Source: Candidatus Latescibacterota bacterium
GTDB lineage: Bacteria > Latescibacterota > UBA2968
Reading direction: 5' to 3'
DNA length: 64,000 nt
Assembly (NCBI GenBank): GCA_965205975.1
Contig: OZ242195.1
Coordinates: 1,776,643-1,840,642, forward strand
Both the position numbers and the translations under genes were made by a program. The notes under the pieces were generated by a model. It worked only from the letters and a program-made list of their open reading frames with translations, was not told where the DNA came from and ran no database searches. Below are positions 27,957 through 36,286 of the stretch, one piece after another (the first letter of the stretch is position 1; each line of letters starts with the position of its first letter).

Positions 27957-28664
27957 TTGCAGCCACCCGGTGCTATTCACCAGCAGCATCTGTACCCCGG
28001 CAGCGGCAAATTTGCCCACATTATCCGACGAGGTCATCGTACCCGCAACACGCCCCGACGCGATAATCTTCGCAAGCGCGTCGTCAATTGTCTTTTGCAC
28101 CACTTTATTTTCCAAATCGCCAATATATCCCATCGACGCCCCCAGATCTGAAGGCGCGACAAAAAATACATCGACCTGATCCACAGTCAGGATCTCATCC
28201 AAATTCTCCACCGCGACGATGTCTTCAATCAAAATGGTGAGCAACACCTCGTCATTGGCCTTTGCAAAATAATCCGCAACCCCATAGCCCTGCCGGCTCG
28301 TGAACATACCGCGCTGACCAATGGGTGCAAACCGACCCCCCGCCACGACATTTTCCGCTTCTTCGCGCGTATTCACATGCGGCACCACAATACCCTGCGC
28401 CCCCCTGTCCAGCGTGCGATAAATAAGCGTCTGATCGTTGCGATTCACGCGCACAATCGACGTCATGCCCCACAGATCACAGGCGCGCGTGAGATTGCCC
28501 AACTCGTCAAAAGCCATGGGGCCGTGCTCCCCCTCAATCCATATCCCATCAAAATTTGCGGGACCAAATGCGTCGATATCATCCGCGTGCGTAAATCCAC
28601 CGGCGATATACGCCTGTTCGCCGCGTCGCAACTTGTGTTTTACCCGATTCTGTCGAAGTTCCAT
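27825..28664 (-). CDS. HpcH/HpaI aldolase/citrate-lyase family protein with an aberrant repeat-derived C-terminal tail
   Basis: FDGIWIEGEHGP, IVRVN and LDRGAQGIVVPHVNTREEAE are typical HpcH blocks. The last ~35 aa (RPRRRSSYSRSKEQREQDREQGGRFRRVQRDS) are encoded by the inserted repeat segment. Confidence 0.75.
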   Translation of the reverse strand: MELRQNRVKHKLRRGEQAYIAGGFTHADDIDAFGPANFDGIWIEGEHGPMAFDELGNLTRACDLWGMTSIVRVNRNDQTLIYRTLDRGAQGIVVPHVNTREEAENVVAGGRFAPIGQRGMFTSRQGYGVADYFAKANDEVLLTILIEDIVAVENLDEILTVDQVDVFFVAPSDLGASMGYIGDLENKVVQKTIDDALAKIIASGRVAGTMTSSDNVGKFAAAGVQMLLVNSTGWLQEGAKAFIARAKRPRRRSSYSRSKEQREQDREQGGRFRRVQRDS

Positions 28665-28676
28665 AAGTCTAATCCC

Positions 28677-29812
28677 CTAACGTGAATAAGGATCGGCGGC
28701 GTCGCGCAGACCGTCGCCGACAAAATTAAATGCGAGAACAGTAATAATCACAAAAATCACAGGCGTCAAAAGCCACGGCTGAAAAGCCACAGCCTGAACA
28801 TTTTGCGCCTCTTTCAACAGCACCCCCCAACTCGTCACCGGCGGACGCAACCCAAGACCGAGAAAACTCAGCGAAGTCTCGCCCAAAATCATACCCGGCA
28901 CAGCGAGCGTCAAACTCACGATAATATGGCTCATAAACGAAGGCAGCAGATGCCGCGTCATAATCCGCCAGCGACTCGCGCCGGCAAGCAGCGCAGCAGT
29001 TGCAAAATCCTCCTCGCGCAACGACAAAATTTTTCCGCGCACCTGCCGCGCCAAACCCGTCCATCCAATAAAAGACAACACAACCGTAATGCCCATATAG
29101 ATCTGCAAGGGCGACCACGACGAAGGCAGTGCCGCAGCCAGAGCCATCCACAGCGGAATAGACGGAAAAGACCTGAGAATCTCAATCCCGCGCTGAATGA
29201 GATTGTCGATCCAACCCCCGTAGTACCCGGACACCACGCCGATCACCAGACCAAACACAAAACTCAGTGTCACCCCCACCAGCCCTATCGTCAGCGAAAT
29301 GCGCGAACCGTAAATAATCCTCGAAAGCAAATCCCGCCCGAGATGATCCGTCCCCAACAGAAAAAGCGTCCCCCCATCATCAACGCCAAAAGATGGACAT
29401 CCGTCTCAAACAAGCCCCAGAACCGATAGGGCGCGCCCCGCACAAACAACCGTACGGCATAGCGCTGTGAGCGGTCTTCGATATAGAACTTCCGAAGCGT
29501 TTCCGGATGTCGCACGCCCTTGATCCCATACACAAACGGCCAGAAATGCACGCCCTCATCCGACACAAATTGCAAACGCTGGGGCGGGGCAAACGCATAG
29601 GCAACCTGCCGATGATTGAGCGTATAAGGCGCCAAAAACTCGCAAAACACAGCCACCACATAAAGCGCGACAATAACCATACCCGCAGCCATCGCCAGGT
29701 GGTGCTTGCGAAACTTCCACCACATCAACTGCCACTGAGACGCGGCATAAGCCTCCGTTTCCCCGGTCTGAACATCTCGCTCGACCACCTCTTCCCGCTT
29801 GGGCATAGCCAT
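28677..29812 (-). pseudogene. peptide ABC transporter permease (OppC/DppC-like) interrupted by a 1-nt frameshift
   Basis: Track ORFs 29291-29812 (N-terminal OppC-N region ...FETDVHLL) and 28677-29357 (TTG-started ...LGTDHLGRDLL... permease core) form one protein if one base is added near 29386-29387. The shifted frame reads GVDDGGTLFLLGTDHLGRD. Confidence 0.7.
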
Positions 29813-30808
29813 CTAATGCTCCCCCTCTTCGTAGCGAATACGCGGATCGAGCCACAACAACAAAATGTCTGAAATGAGCGTACCGACAAGCGTCAACAGG
29901 CTCAACATCATCACCATACTGCCCGCCAGATACATATCCTGATTCATAAGCGCGCGCAACAACAGCGGTCCCGTCGTCGGCAAGCCCAACACCACCGACG
30001 TAATCGTCGCCCCAGACACAATGCCCGGCAAAACCCATCCCACAGTACTGACGAGCGGATTGAGCGCCACGCGCACCGGATACCGCATCAACAACACCCA
30101 GTAGCGCACGCCTTTGGCGCGGGCAGTCATCACGTATTGTTTCCGCAATTCATCCAGCAAATTGCCCCGCATCACCCGTATCAATCCCGCCGTACCCGAC
30201 GTGCCAATCACAATCACAGGGATCCACAAATGCCAGAGCAAATCGAGAAATTTGCCAAAGGACCACGCCGCACTCTGATACTCCGGTGAAAACAGACCGC
30301 CTGCACTCACCCCAAACACGGAATACCCGATGTACATAAAAACGAGCGCGAGTAAAAAATTGGGCGTAGCAAGCCCGATAAAACCCAAAAACGTAAAACA
30401 ATAATCCGGCAGTGAATACTGCTTCACAGCCGAATAAATCCCAACTGGAATCGCCAGTGCCCACGTCACCAGCAGCGTCACAATCGAAATAATAGACGTC
30501 AGCAAAATGCGTTCGCCAATCAGCTCTGTCACGGGCCGATTCCACTCAAACGACATCCCCAAATCGCCCCGCACCATGCCTTTCAACCACCGCCAGTATT
30601 GCACTATAAAAGGCTGATCGAGATTGTACCGCGCCCGCAGTGCCGCAGCCTGCGCCTCATCCACCGTCTCTCCCGTCTCACCCAGCGCAGCAATATACGA
30701 CGTGAGATAATCCCCTGGTGGAAGCTGGATAATTGAAAACGAAATGAATGAGATGATAACCATTGTGGGGATCATCCACAACAGGCGTTTGACGATGAGA
30801 ATGAGCAT
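29813..30808 (-). CDS. peptide ABC transporter permease (OppB/DppB-like)
   Basis: 331 aa. N-terminal IVKRLLWMIP and EAA-type loop region (ARAKGVRYWVLLMRYPVRVAL), six TM segments. Confidence 0.85.
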   Translation of the reverse strand: MLILIVKRLLWMIPTMVIISFISFSIIQLPPGDYLTSYIAALGETGETVDEAQAAALRARYNLDQPFIVQYWRWLKGMVRGDLGMSFEWNRPVTELIGERILLTSIISIVTLLVTWALAIPVGIYSAVKQYSLPDYCFTFLGFIGLATPNFLLALVFMYIGYSVFGVSAGGLFSPEYQSAAWSFGKFLDLLWHLWIPVIVIGTSGTAGLIRVMRGNLLDELRKQYVMTARAKGVRYWVLLMRYPVRVALNPLVSTVGWVLPGIVSGATITSVVLGLPTTGPLLLRALMNQDMYLAGSMVMMLSLLTLVGTLISDILLLWLDPRIRYEEGEH

Positions 30809-30850
30809 ATAAAAATTTCCTGGGAGGTAAAAAAACTATCCGCAGATGAA
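30691..30850. repeat. copy 1 of a ~160-bp duplication (functional oppB 5' end plus leader)
   Basis: Aligns by eye with 31752-31921: ...caatatacgacgtgag[a/g]taatccc... to ...aaaaactatccgcagatgaa. Confidence 0.85.
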
Positions 30851-30872
30851 TAAAAATAAAAATATTTTGAAT

Positions 30873-31484
30873 TCAGCCATTATGGTCTTCAGACCCTTCT
30901 CGTGCCCGTTGCAATAATTCAGACAAATTTAGAGATTCCGCCCAGTGCTTCAGGTAATCCCAATCTAACCTGTCGCCCTGTACTTTCAATATACCCGATA
31001 CATCCCGTAATTGTCGGTCTGAAACTTCGCCACCTTTTCGATACCAGATCAATTTTTGCAGTACAATATCCTCTGGCGTTGCCACGACCAATTGCGTGCC
31101 AGCAATGGTCTGCGACCTTCGACGACGCATTTCTTCACGGTCAATCGCTTCAGAACCAGGTACAAAAATATCTACCTTAATCATTGTTTCGAGATGGATA
31201 ACATTGAAGGAACTGTGCCGAGAAACAGCGCGAATAACATCTTCTTCTTCGATGTAAAATGCGTTTTGGGTATTTGCAATGAGAGCTTGAATATGGTGAT
31301 TCTTCAGTTCTGCAACCATGTCGATATCCTGTGTGGCGCGAGGCTCTCCGTAGATGGAACTGGCAATTGACCCGCCCACCAGATATGGAATATCCAGGTT
31401 TTCAAAAATTTCAGCCATTTGCAGAGCGACGCACAGGGGTTCAGAAATCACCTCAATAGCCCTCTTTGTGTGGGTCCCAGCCAA
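30873..31484 (-). CDS. nucleotidyltransferase-fold protein (putative toxin-like partner of a two-gene module)
   Basis: NTase signature GGSIASSIYGEPRATQDIDMV. The track start is TTG 31484, overlapping the upstream small gene by 32 nt. ATG at 31418 (MAEIFENL) is an alternative. Confidence 0.6.
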   Translation of the reverse strand: MAGTHTKRAIEVISEPLCVALQMAEIFENLDIPYLVGGSIASSIYGEPRATQDIDMVAELKNHHIQALIANTQNAFYIEEEDVIRAVSRHSSFNVIHLETMIKVDIFVPGSEAIDREEMRRRRSQTIAGTQLVVATPEDIVLQKLIWYRKGGEVSDRQLRDVSGILKVQGDRLDWDYLKHWAESLNLSELLQRAREGSEDHNG

Positions 31485-31719
31485 ATGCTTTAATCATGGT
31501 CTGCCGGGGGAGCCGCAACGCGCCGAGGCGAAGGCGAATTTCTCGCTCATCTGCTTCGGGATACCGGCTGCGAATGCCCGAAATTGCAAGGTCTGTACAC
31601 GCCTGAGAGAGTTGGGATATTTTTTCGGCTTTTTCGTGTGGTGTCATTCGCCGATACGCTTCAATGAGCAGGCGTTCTACCCTATGATTCGTGTCCCGCG
31701 ATTGTGTTTTATAAGCCAT
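31453..31719 (-). CDS. small helical protein, antitoxin-like partner of the nucleotidyltransferase
   Basis: 88 aa with GGAG upstream of ATG 31719, positioned immediately upstream of and overlapping the NTase gene. Family not identified by eye. Confidence 0.5.
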   Translation of the reverse strand: MAYKTQSRDTNHRVERLLIEAYRRMTPHEKAEKISQLSQACTDLAISGIRSRYPEADEREIRLRLGALRLPRQTMIKAFGWDPHKEGY

Positions 31720-31751
31720 ACGACTCTCCAGCTATTTGGGTTTTGATATTT

Positions 31752-31921
31752 CAATATACGACGTGAGGTAATCCCCCGGTGGAAGCTGGATAATTGAAAA
31801 CGAAATAAATGAAATAATCACCATTTTGGGAATCATCTACAACAGGCGTTTGATAATGAGGACGAGCATGTAAAAATTTCCTAGAGGTAAAAAACAACCA
31901 CAAAAACTATCCGCAGATGAA
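31752..31921 (-). pseudogene. decayed duplicate of the oppB 5' end and leader
   Basis: Minus strand reads ATG CTC GTC CTC ATT ATC AAA CGC CTG TTG TAG (MLVLIIKRLL*), versus MLILIVKRLLWMIP in the real gene. TGG is changed to TAG and a 10-nt insertion lies in the leader. Confidence 0.75.
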
Positions 31922-32074
31922 CGCAGATAAAAGGCGAAAGGGCAATCCAACCCCGAATCAGGATTTACAGGATTAAATGAGGGCAGGATTAGCGGTCATC
32001 AACGAACACAGGCACACACGTCATTCCTGTGCATGCCGTAGGCAGGGCTTAATAGCCACTCTCAGGAATCCAAG

Positions 32075-33901
32075 CTATGAGATTAAGGGAATTCCGGAAA
32101 AGCCAGAAACTATTGGTATTAGTAGAGACTTTAAAATTTCCATGGCTGAACTAGCTGCAAAACTAGAAAAAAAATTTTCTACCCATCGCTTCAATCGCTC
32201 CCTTCCGTTGCCATCCCCAGAGTTTATTGAGGCTAGTTCTTTGATGTGTTCTTCAATGTGTTCTTCAATGTGTTCTTTAATGTGTTCTTTAATGTGTTCT
32301 TTAATATGTTTTTCAAGCAACTTAACGAGTTCAGCAACCTTATTCCATTCGGGACTCTCAGCGGTAATATGTTTTTCAAGCTGCTTAACGAGTTCAGCAA
32401 CCTTATTCCATTCGGGACTCTCAGCAGTTTTTTGGTCTAGTTCGGCAAGATGCTTTTTGGCCTGCTCAACAAATCTCTGAACCCTATCCTTATAGTCTTT
32501 TGACAGTGCATCTATAGTATCTTGGATATTTTCATTAGCGAGAGACTTTATCTTTGTCCCGTTTTTCTTAGTCTCAGTCTCAAGGGTGGTAATGCGGTCT
32601 GTCGCTTCAGTAAGGGAGGTGTTGCTACTTTCCATATCAGTCTCAAGGGTGGAAACGCGATCTGTCGCTTCAGTAAGGGAAGTGTTGCTACTTTCCATAT
32701 CAGTCTCAAGGGTGGAAACGCGATCTGTCGCTTCAGTAAGGGAGGTGTTGCTACTTTCCATATCAGTCTCAAGGGTGGAAACGCGATCTGTCGCTTCAGT
32801 AAGGGAAGTGTTGCTACTTTCCAAACCAGTCTCAAGGGTGGTAATGCGGTCTGTCGCTTCAGTAAGGGAGGTGTTGCTACTTTCCAAACCAGTCTCAAGG
32901 GTGGAAACGCGATCTGTCGCTTCAGAAAGGGAGGTGTTGCTACTTTCCAAACCAGTCTCAAGAGTAGAAACGCGATCCGTCACTTCAGAAAGGGAGGTGT
33001 TGCTACTTTCCATATCAGTCTCAAGAGTAGAAACGCGATCTGTCGCTTCAGTAAGGGAGGTGTTGCTACTTTCCATATCAGTCTCAAGGGTGGTAATGCG
33101 GTCTGTCGCTTCAGTAAGGGAAGTGTTGCTACTTTCCATATCAGTCTCAAGGGTGGTAATGCGATCTGTCGCTTCAGAAAGGGAGGTGTTGCTACTTTCC
33201 ATATCAGTCTCAAGAGTAGAAACGCGATCCGTCACTTCAGTAAGGGAGGTGTTGCTACTTTCCAAACCAGTCTCAAGAGTAGAAACGCGATCTGTCGCTT
33301 CAGTAAGGGAGGTGTTGCTACTTTCCATATCAGTCTCAAGGGTGGAAACGCGATCTGTCGCTTCAGTAAGGGAGGTGTTGCTACTTTCCAAACCAGTCTC
33401 AAGAGTGGTAATGCGATCCGTCACTTCAGAAAGGGAGGTGTTGCTACTTTCCAAACCAGTCTCAAGAGTAGAAACGCGGTCTGTCGCTTCAGTAAGGGAG
33501 GTGTTGCTACTTTCCAAACCAGTCTCAAGGGTGGAAACGCGATCCGTCACTTCAGAAAGGGAGGTGTTGCTACTTTCCATATCAGTCTCAAGAGTAGAAA
33601 CGCGGTCTGTCGCTTCAGTAAGGGAGGTGTTGCTACTTTCCAAACCAGTCTCAAGGGTGGAAACGCGATCCGTCACTTCAGAAAGGGAGGTGTTGCTACT
33701 TTCCATATCAGTCTCAAGAGTAGAAACGCGATCCGTCACTTCAGTAAGGGAGGTGTTGCTACTTTCCAAACCAGTCTCAAGAGTGGTAATGCGGTCTGTC
33801 GCATTTGCCACATCACCTATGGCGAGGATTGCCAATATCATCGCCATTAATGCCATAACGATCAAGATAATCCCTAACATCACCATCAAAGTCGTCTCCA
33901 T
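32075..33901 (-). CDS. membrane-anchored repeat protein: N-terminal TM helix, 19.5 x 21-aa heptad repeats, C-terminal helical domain with further repeats
   Basis: ATG 33901 with AAGGAG 7 nt upstream. N-terminal TM segment METTLMVMLGIILIVMALMAMILAILAI. Repeat unit is TDR[VI][ST]TLET[GD][LM]ESSNTSL[TS]E[AV]. Non-repeat C-terminal part ends in a hydrophobic segment. Neighbouring genes are all on the same strand. Confidence 0.7.
   Translation of the reverse strand: METTLMVMLGIILIVMALMAMILAILAIGDVANATDRITTLETGLESSNTSLTEVTDRVSTLETDMESSNTSLSEVTDRVSTLETGLESSNTSLTEATDRVSTLETDMESSNTSLSEVTDRVSTLETGLESSNTSLTEATDRVSTLETGLESSNTSLSEVTDRITTLETGLESSNTSLTEATDRVSTLETDMESSNTSLTEATDRVSTLETGLESSNTSLTEVTDRVSTLETDMESSNTSLSEATDRITTLETDMESSNTSLTEATDRITTLETDMESSNTSLTEATDRVSTLETDMESSNTSLSEVTDRVSTLETGLESSNTSLSEATDRVSTLETGLESSNTSLTEATDRITTLETGLESSNTSLTEATDRVSTLETDMESSNTSLTEATDRVSTLETDMESSNTSLTEATDRVSTLETDMESSNTSLTEATDRITTLETETKKNGTKIKSLANENIQDTIDALSKDYKDRVQRFVEQAKKHLAELDQKTAESPEWNKVAELVKQLEKHITAESPEWNKVAELVKLLEKHIKEHIKEHIKEHIEEHIEEHIKELASINSGDGNGRERLKRWVENFFSSFAASSAMEILKSLLIPIVSGFSGIPLIS
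32576..33799 (-). repeat. 63-bp in-frame tandem repeat, 19 full copies plus a 27-bp partial copy
   Basis: Period verified on the nucleotide sequence (gtctcaag recurs at 32640, 32703 ...). Copies differ at a few biallelic positions. Confidence 0.9.
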
Positions 33902-33927
33902 GACACACTCCTTATGGATATAAAACG

Positions 33928-34125
33928 CTAAAATTCTCCTGGCGTGCCTCTTGCGTGACCTTCTGCAATATTCGATGAAATAGAAATTCTTGCACGCCGC
34001 ATCTGACTGATCAAGCCAAACTTTTCCTGCTCTGGAAACTTTTCTGTTGCACGATAAAGTTCTTTAGCCAACACAATGCCCTGTTTCCAAACTTCAAGAT
34101 CGCGATAACTTCTAATGCCCTTCAT
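33928..34125 (-). pseudogene. 3'-truncated four-helix-bundle protein gene (23S rRNA intervening-sequence protein family)
   Basis: MKGIRSYRDLEVWKQGIVLAKELYRATEKFPEQEKFGLISQMRRARISISSNIAEGHARGTPGEF* matches the N-terminal half of this ~120-aa family. It stops where the family normally continues (EF...). Confidence 0.6.
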
Positions 34126-34182
34126 ACACCACCTTCCCACTTACAACCACCAACCAGCCCCAACTCTTAATCCCCAGCCTCC

Positions 34183-36276
34183 TTATTCAATCGCATAACA
34201 TTCAACCGCCGTATTCCCTGGCGTGCGAAATGCCCAGCCGGACATCGCGACCTCGGGCACATTGCGAAATGAATTTTTGACCAGATAAAACGAGGGCAAT
34301 GCTCCCACCGTGCCGATGACCCACAGATTCTTTCGATTCAAATCGATAATTTCTCCCATAAGCCGGATTTGTTCATCTTCGTCAATCGTCTTCTCAATCT
34401 CCCAAAACAGCTCAATACACCGCCGCATATCACTGGGGGGTTCTTCACCGCGTTTTTTCTCCGTGCGATACCAACGCGCATAATCCACTGCGTGTACAGA
34501 CTCATCGCTAAATGGAACGAGCCAGCGCGGATCCAGAACAGCGATCTGCTCATCTGACCCACCCCACACGCCGACATCGTGCAGCAAACCCTTTTTGCGC
34601 TCATAAAACAACTGCCGCGCTTCTTCCTTCACCTCTGACTGCACCCCCACCGCAGTCCAGTAGCTCGCCACCAGTTCCAGAATGCGATTATTCAGAGACG
34701 TCGTCTCAATATAGAGCTTAATCGGTTCGCCATCAGCCCGCAATCGCATGCCATTGCTCCCGCGCTTCAGCCCCATCTCGTCGAGCAATGCATTTGCGCG
34801 GTCTGGATCGTATTCGATATATGCGTGCTCGTAATCCGCATCGTAAAACGGCGACGATGGCGGCGGACAAACTTGCCTCGGCTTCCCAATCCCAAAATAA
34901 TCCGCCTCGTTTAATTCATCGCGATTCAGCGCGTGCGACAGGGCTTTTCGAAAGCGGCGATCCCCGATAATTCTCTTCATTTCCGGATCGCGGTGATTCA
35001 AATTCAACGCCAGGATATTTGACCCCGCCGACCCATTGATCCAATGTACAACCCGATAATCGCCCTTCTTTCTCCCCTCCATAAACAGCGGATAATTCTG
35101 GAACTGCAGGTGCCGCCCCTGCATGCCTATTTCCCCGTTGATCGCCTTGAGATTGATGGTCTCGGGATCAAAAATCTCAAAGGTCATGCGGTCGATGTAC
35201 GGCAGTTGATTCCCATCGGGATCGACCTTCCAATAATAGGGATTGCGCTCCAGCACTGCCGGACGCGCAGGCGGCGGCGCAACCACAATCCACGGCCACA
35301 AACGCGGGATATCCGGATTGCGCCAATCGCGCATATCTTCAAAAAGCTGCTTCCACAAATCAAATCCCGCGGCCTCGCTCATGGCCTCGAGCTTTTCCAA
35401 AGACGTGTACTTCGGATGAAATTGCTTCATATAATGGGCCGGATAGCGCAGCATCTCATAACCGCGTCCCGACGCCAACTTCATAATAAACAACCCATTG
35501 GGCTCCAAAAACGTGAACCGCACCGTATAATCATCGACCCTCTCCAACCCCATCACCCGTCCACCCCGCTTAAAATCGCGCGGCACAACAGGCGTTATCT
35601 CCTCGTCTTGCAACACATCTTCATACCAGAAAATGAGATCATCAACCGTAAACGGATGCCCGTCTGACCACCTTACCCCTCTGCGCAAATAAAATGTAAA
35701 ACTGCGTCCCCCATCGGCAATCTCCCACCGCACAGCCAGATTGGGAATCACCTCCTGCGCCATCGCATCCCACCGCACCAGACCCTCATACGCAAACCGG
35801 GCTTCGACAATACCCACATCGCGGGGACCAGTCGCAAACCGCGTCCACGTCCCCCCATAAGGCCCATGCTGTTGCGGCGGTACAATAACAAGAGGATCTT
35901 CCGGCAGGCGTTCCGATACCGACGGCAAGATCCCCTCTCGCACCCGCTGGGCGAGCATAGGCGCTTCGGCAAATCGTCCCTCCGACCATTCAGCCACCTG
36001 ATGCACCGCCCCTGTTGCCTCGGGATGGCGATTGGGAATCTCAACATCCGCCATCACAGCCTCGAGATCCCGCGTCCCATCTGCTGGCACCACAGGCACA
36101 ACACCATCCTCGGGCGCACGCACCAGACTGCCCATCACGGCCTCAAATTCCGATGCCCGTTGTATCGCATCCGGATCGCGCGGCGACAGGTAAAATGCGA
36201 CATATCCCATCCCCTGCACCAGAAGCACAAAACTGGCAAAAACACCGATAAGCGTGATCCACACTTTAATTCCCAT
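34183..36276 (-). CDS. ABC transporter substrate-binding protein, family 5 (peptide/nickel type), large variant
   Basis: 697 aa. N-terminal TM/signal anchor and a family-5 SBP body (e.g. FTFYLRRGVRWSDGHPFTVDDLIFWYE, NPYYWKVDPDGNQLPYID). Confidence 0.8.
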   Translation of the reverse strand: MGIKVWITLIGVFASFVLLVQGMGYVAFYLSPRDPDAIQRASEFEAVMGSLVRAPEDGVVPVVPADGTRDLEAVMADVEIPNRHPEATGAVHQVAEWSEGRFAEAPMLAQRVREGILPSVSERLPEDPLVIVPPQQHGPYGGTWTRFATGPRDVGIVEARFAYEGLVRWDAMAQEVIPNLAVRWEIADGGRSFTFYLRRGVRWSDGHPFTVDDLIFWYEDVLQDEEITPVVPRDFKRGGRVMGLERVDDYTVRFTFLEPNGLFIMKLASGRGYEMLRYPAHYMKQFHPKYTSLEKLEAMSEAAGFDLWKQLFEDMRDWRNPDIPRLWPWIVVAPPPARPAVLERNPYYWKVDPDGNQLPYIDRMTFEIFDPETINLKAINGEIGMQGRHLQFQNYPLFMEGRKKGDYRVVHWINGSAGSNILALNLNHRDPEMKRIIGDRRFRKALSHALNRDELNEADYFGIGKPRQVCPPPSSPFYDADYEHAYIEYDPDRANALLDEMGLKRGSNGMRLRADGEPIKLYIETTSLNNRILELVASYWTAVGVQSEVKEEARQLFYERKKGLLHDVGVWGGSDEQIAVLDPRWLVPFSDESVHAVDYARWYRTEKKRGEEPPSDMRRCIELFWEIEKTIDEDEQIRLMGEIIDLNRKNLWVIGTVGALPSFYLVKNSFRNVPEVAMSGWAFRTPGNTAVECYAIE

Positions 36277-36286
36277 TATTGCCTCT

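Noticed and set aside
29380-29392. Programmed ribosomal frameshift in the OppC-like gene
   Set aside because: It was considered because of the C-TTT-TGG context. No downstream stimulatory structure is evident, and no such recoding is known for Opp permeases. Mutation or sequence error is more parsimonious, so it is kept only as a minor alternative.
31977-32480. 167-aa plus-strand ORF with CSSMCSSMCSLMCSL repeats
   Set aside because: It is the antisense reading of the 12-nt (KEHI) repeat and the C-terminal domain of the 608-aa protein. It is a repeat artefact.
32576-33799. Possibility that the regular 63-bp repeats are a CRISPR array
   Set aside because: The units are contiguous with no unique spacers, stay in one open reading frame and encode a coherent heptad protein. 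No cas genes are present in the window.
32522-33923. Two long plus-strand ORFs (442 and 445 aa) across the 63-bp repeat region
   Set aside because: They are frame shadows of the repeat: any 63-bp in-frame repeat without stops stays open. They lack an RBS and a non-repeat start context. The minus-strand ORF has an AAGGAG RBS, a TM anchor, heptad periodicity, a non-repeat C-terminal domain, and the same orientation as all neighbouring genes.
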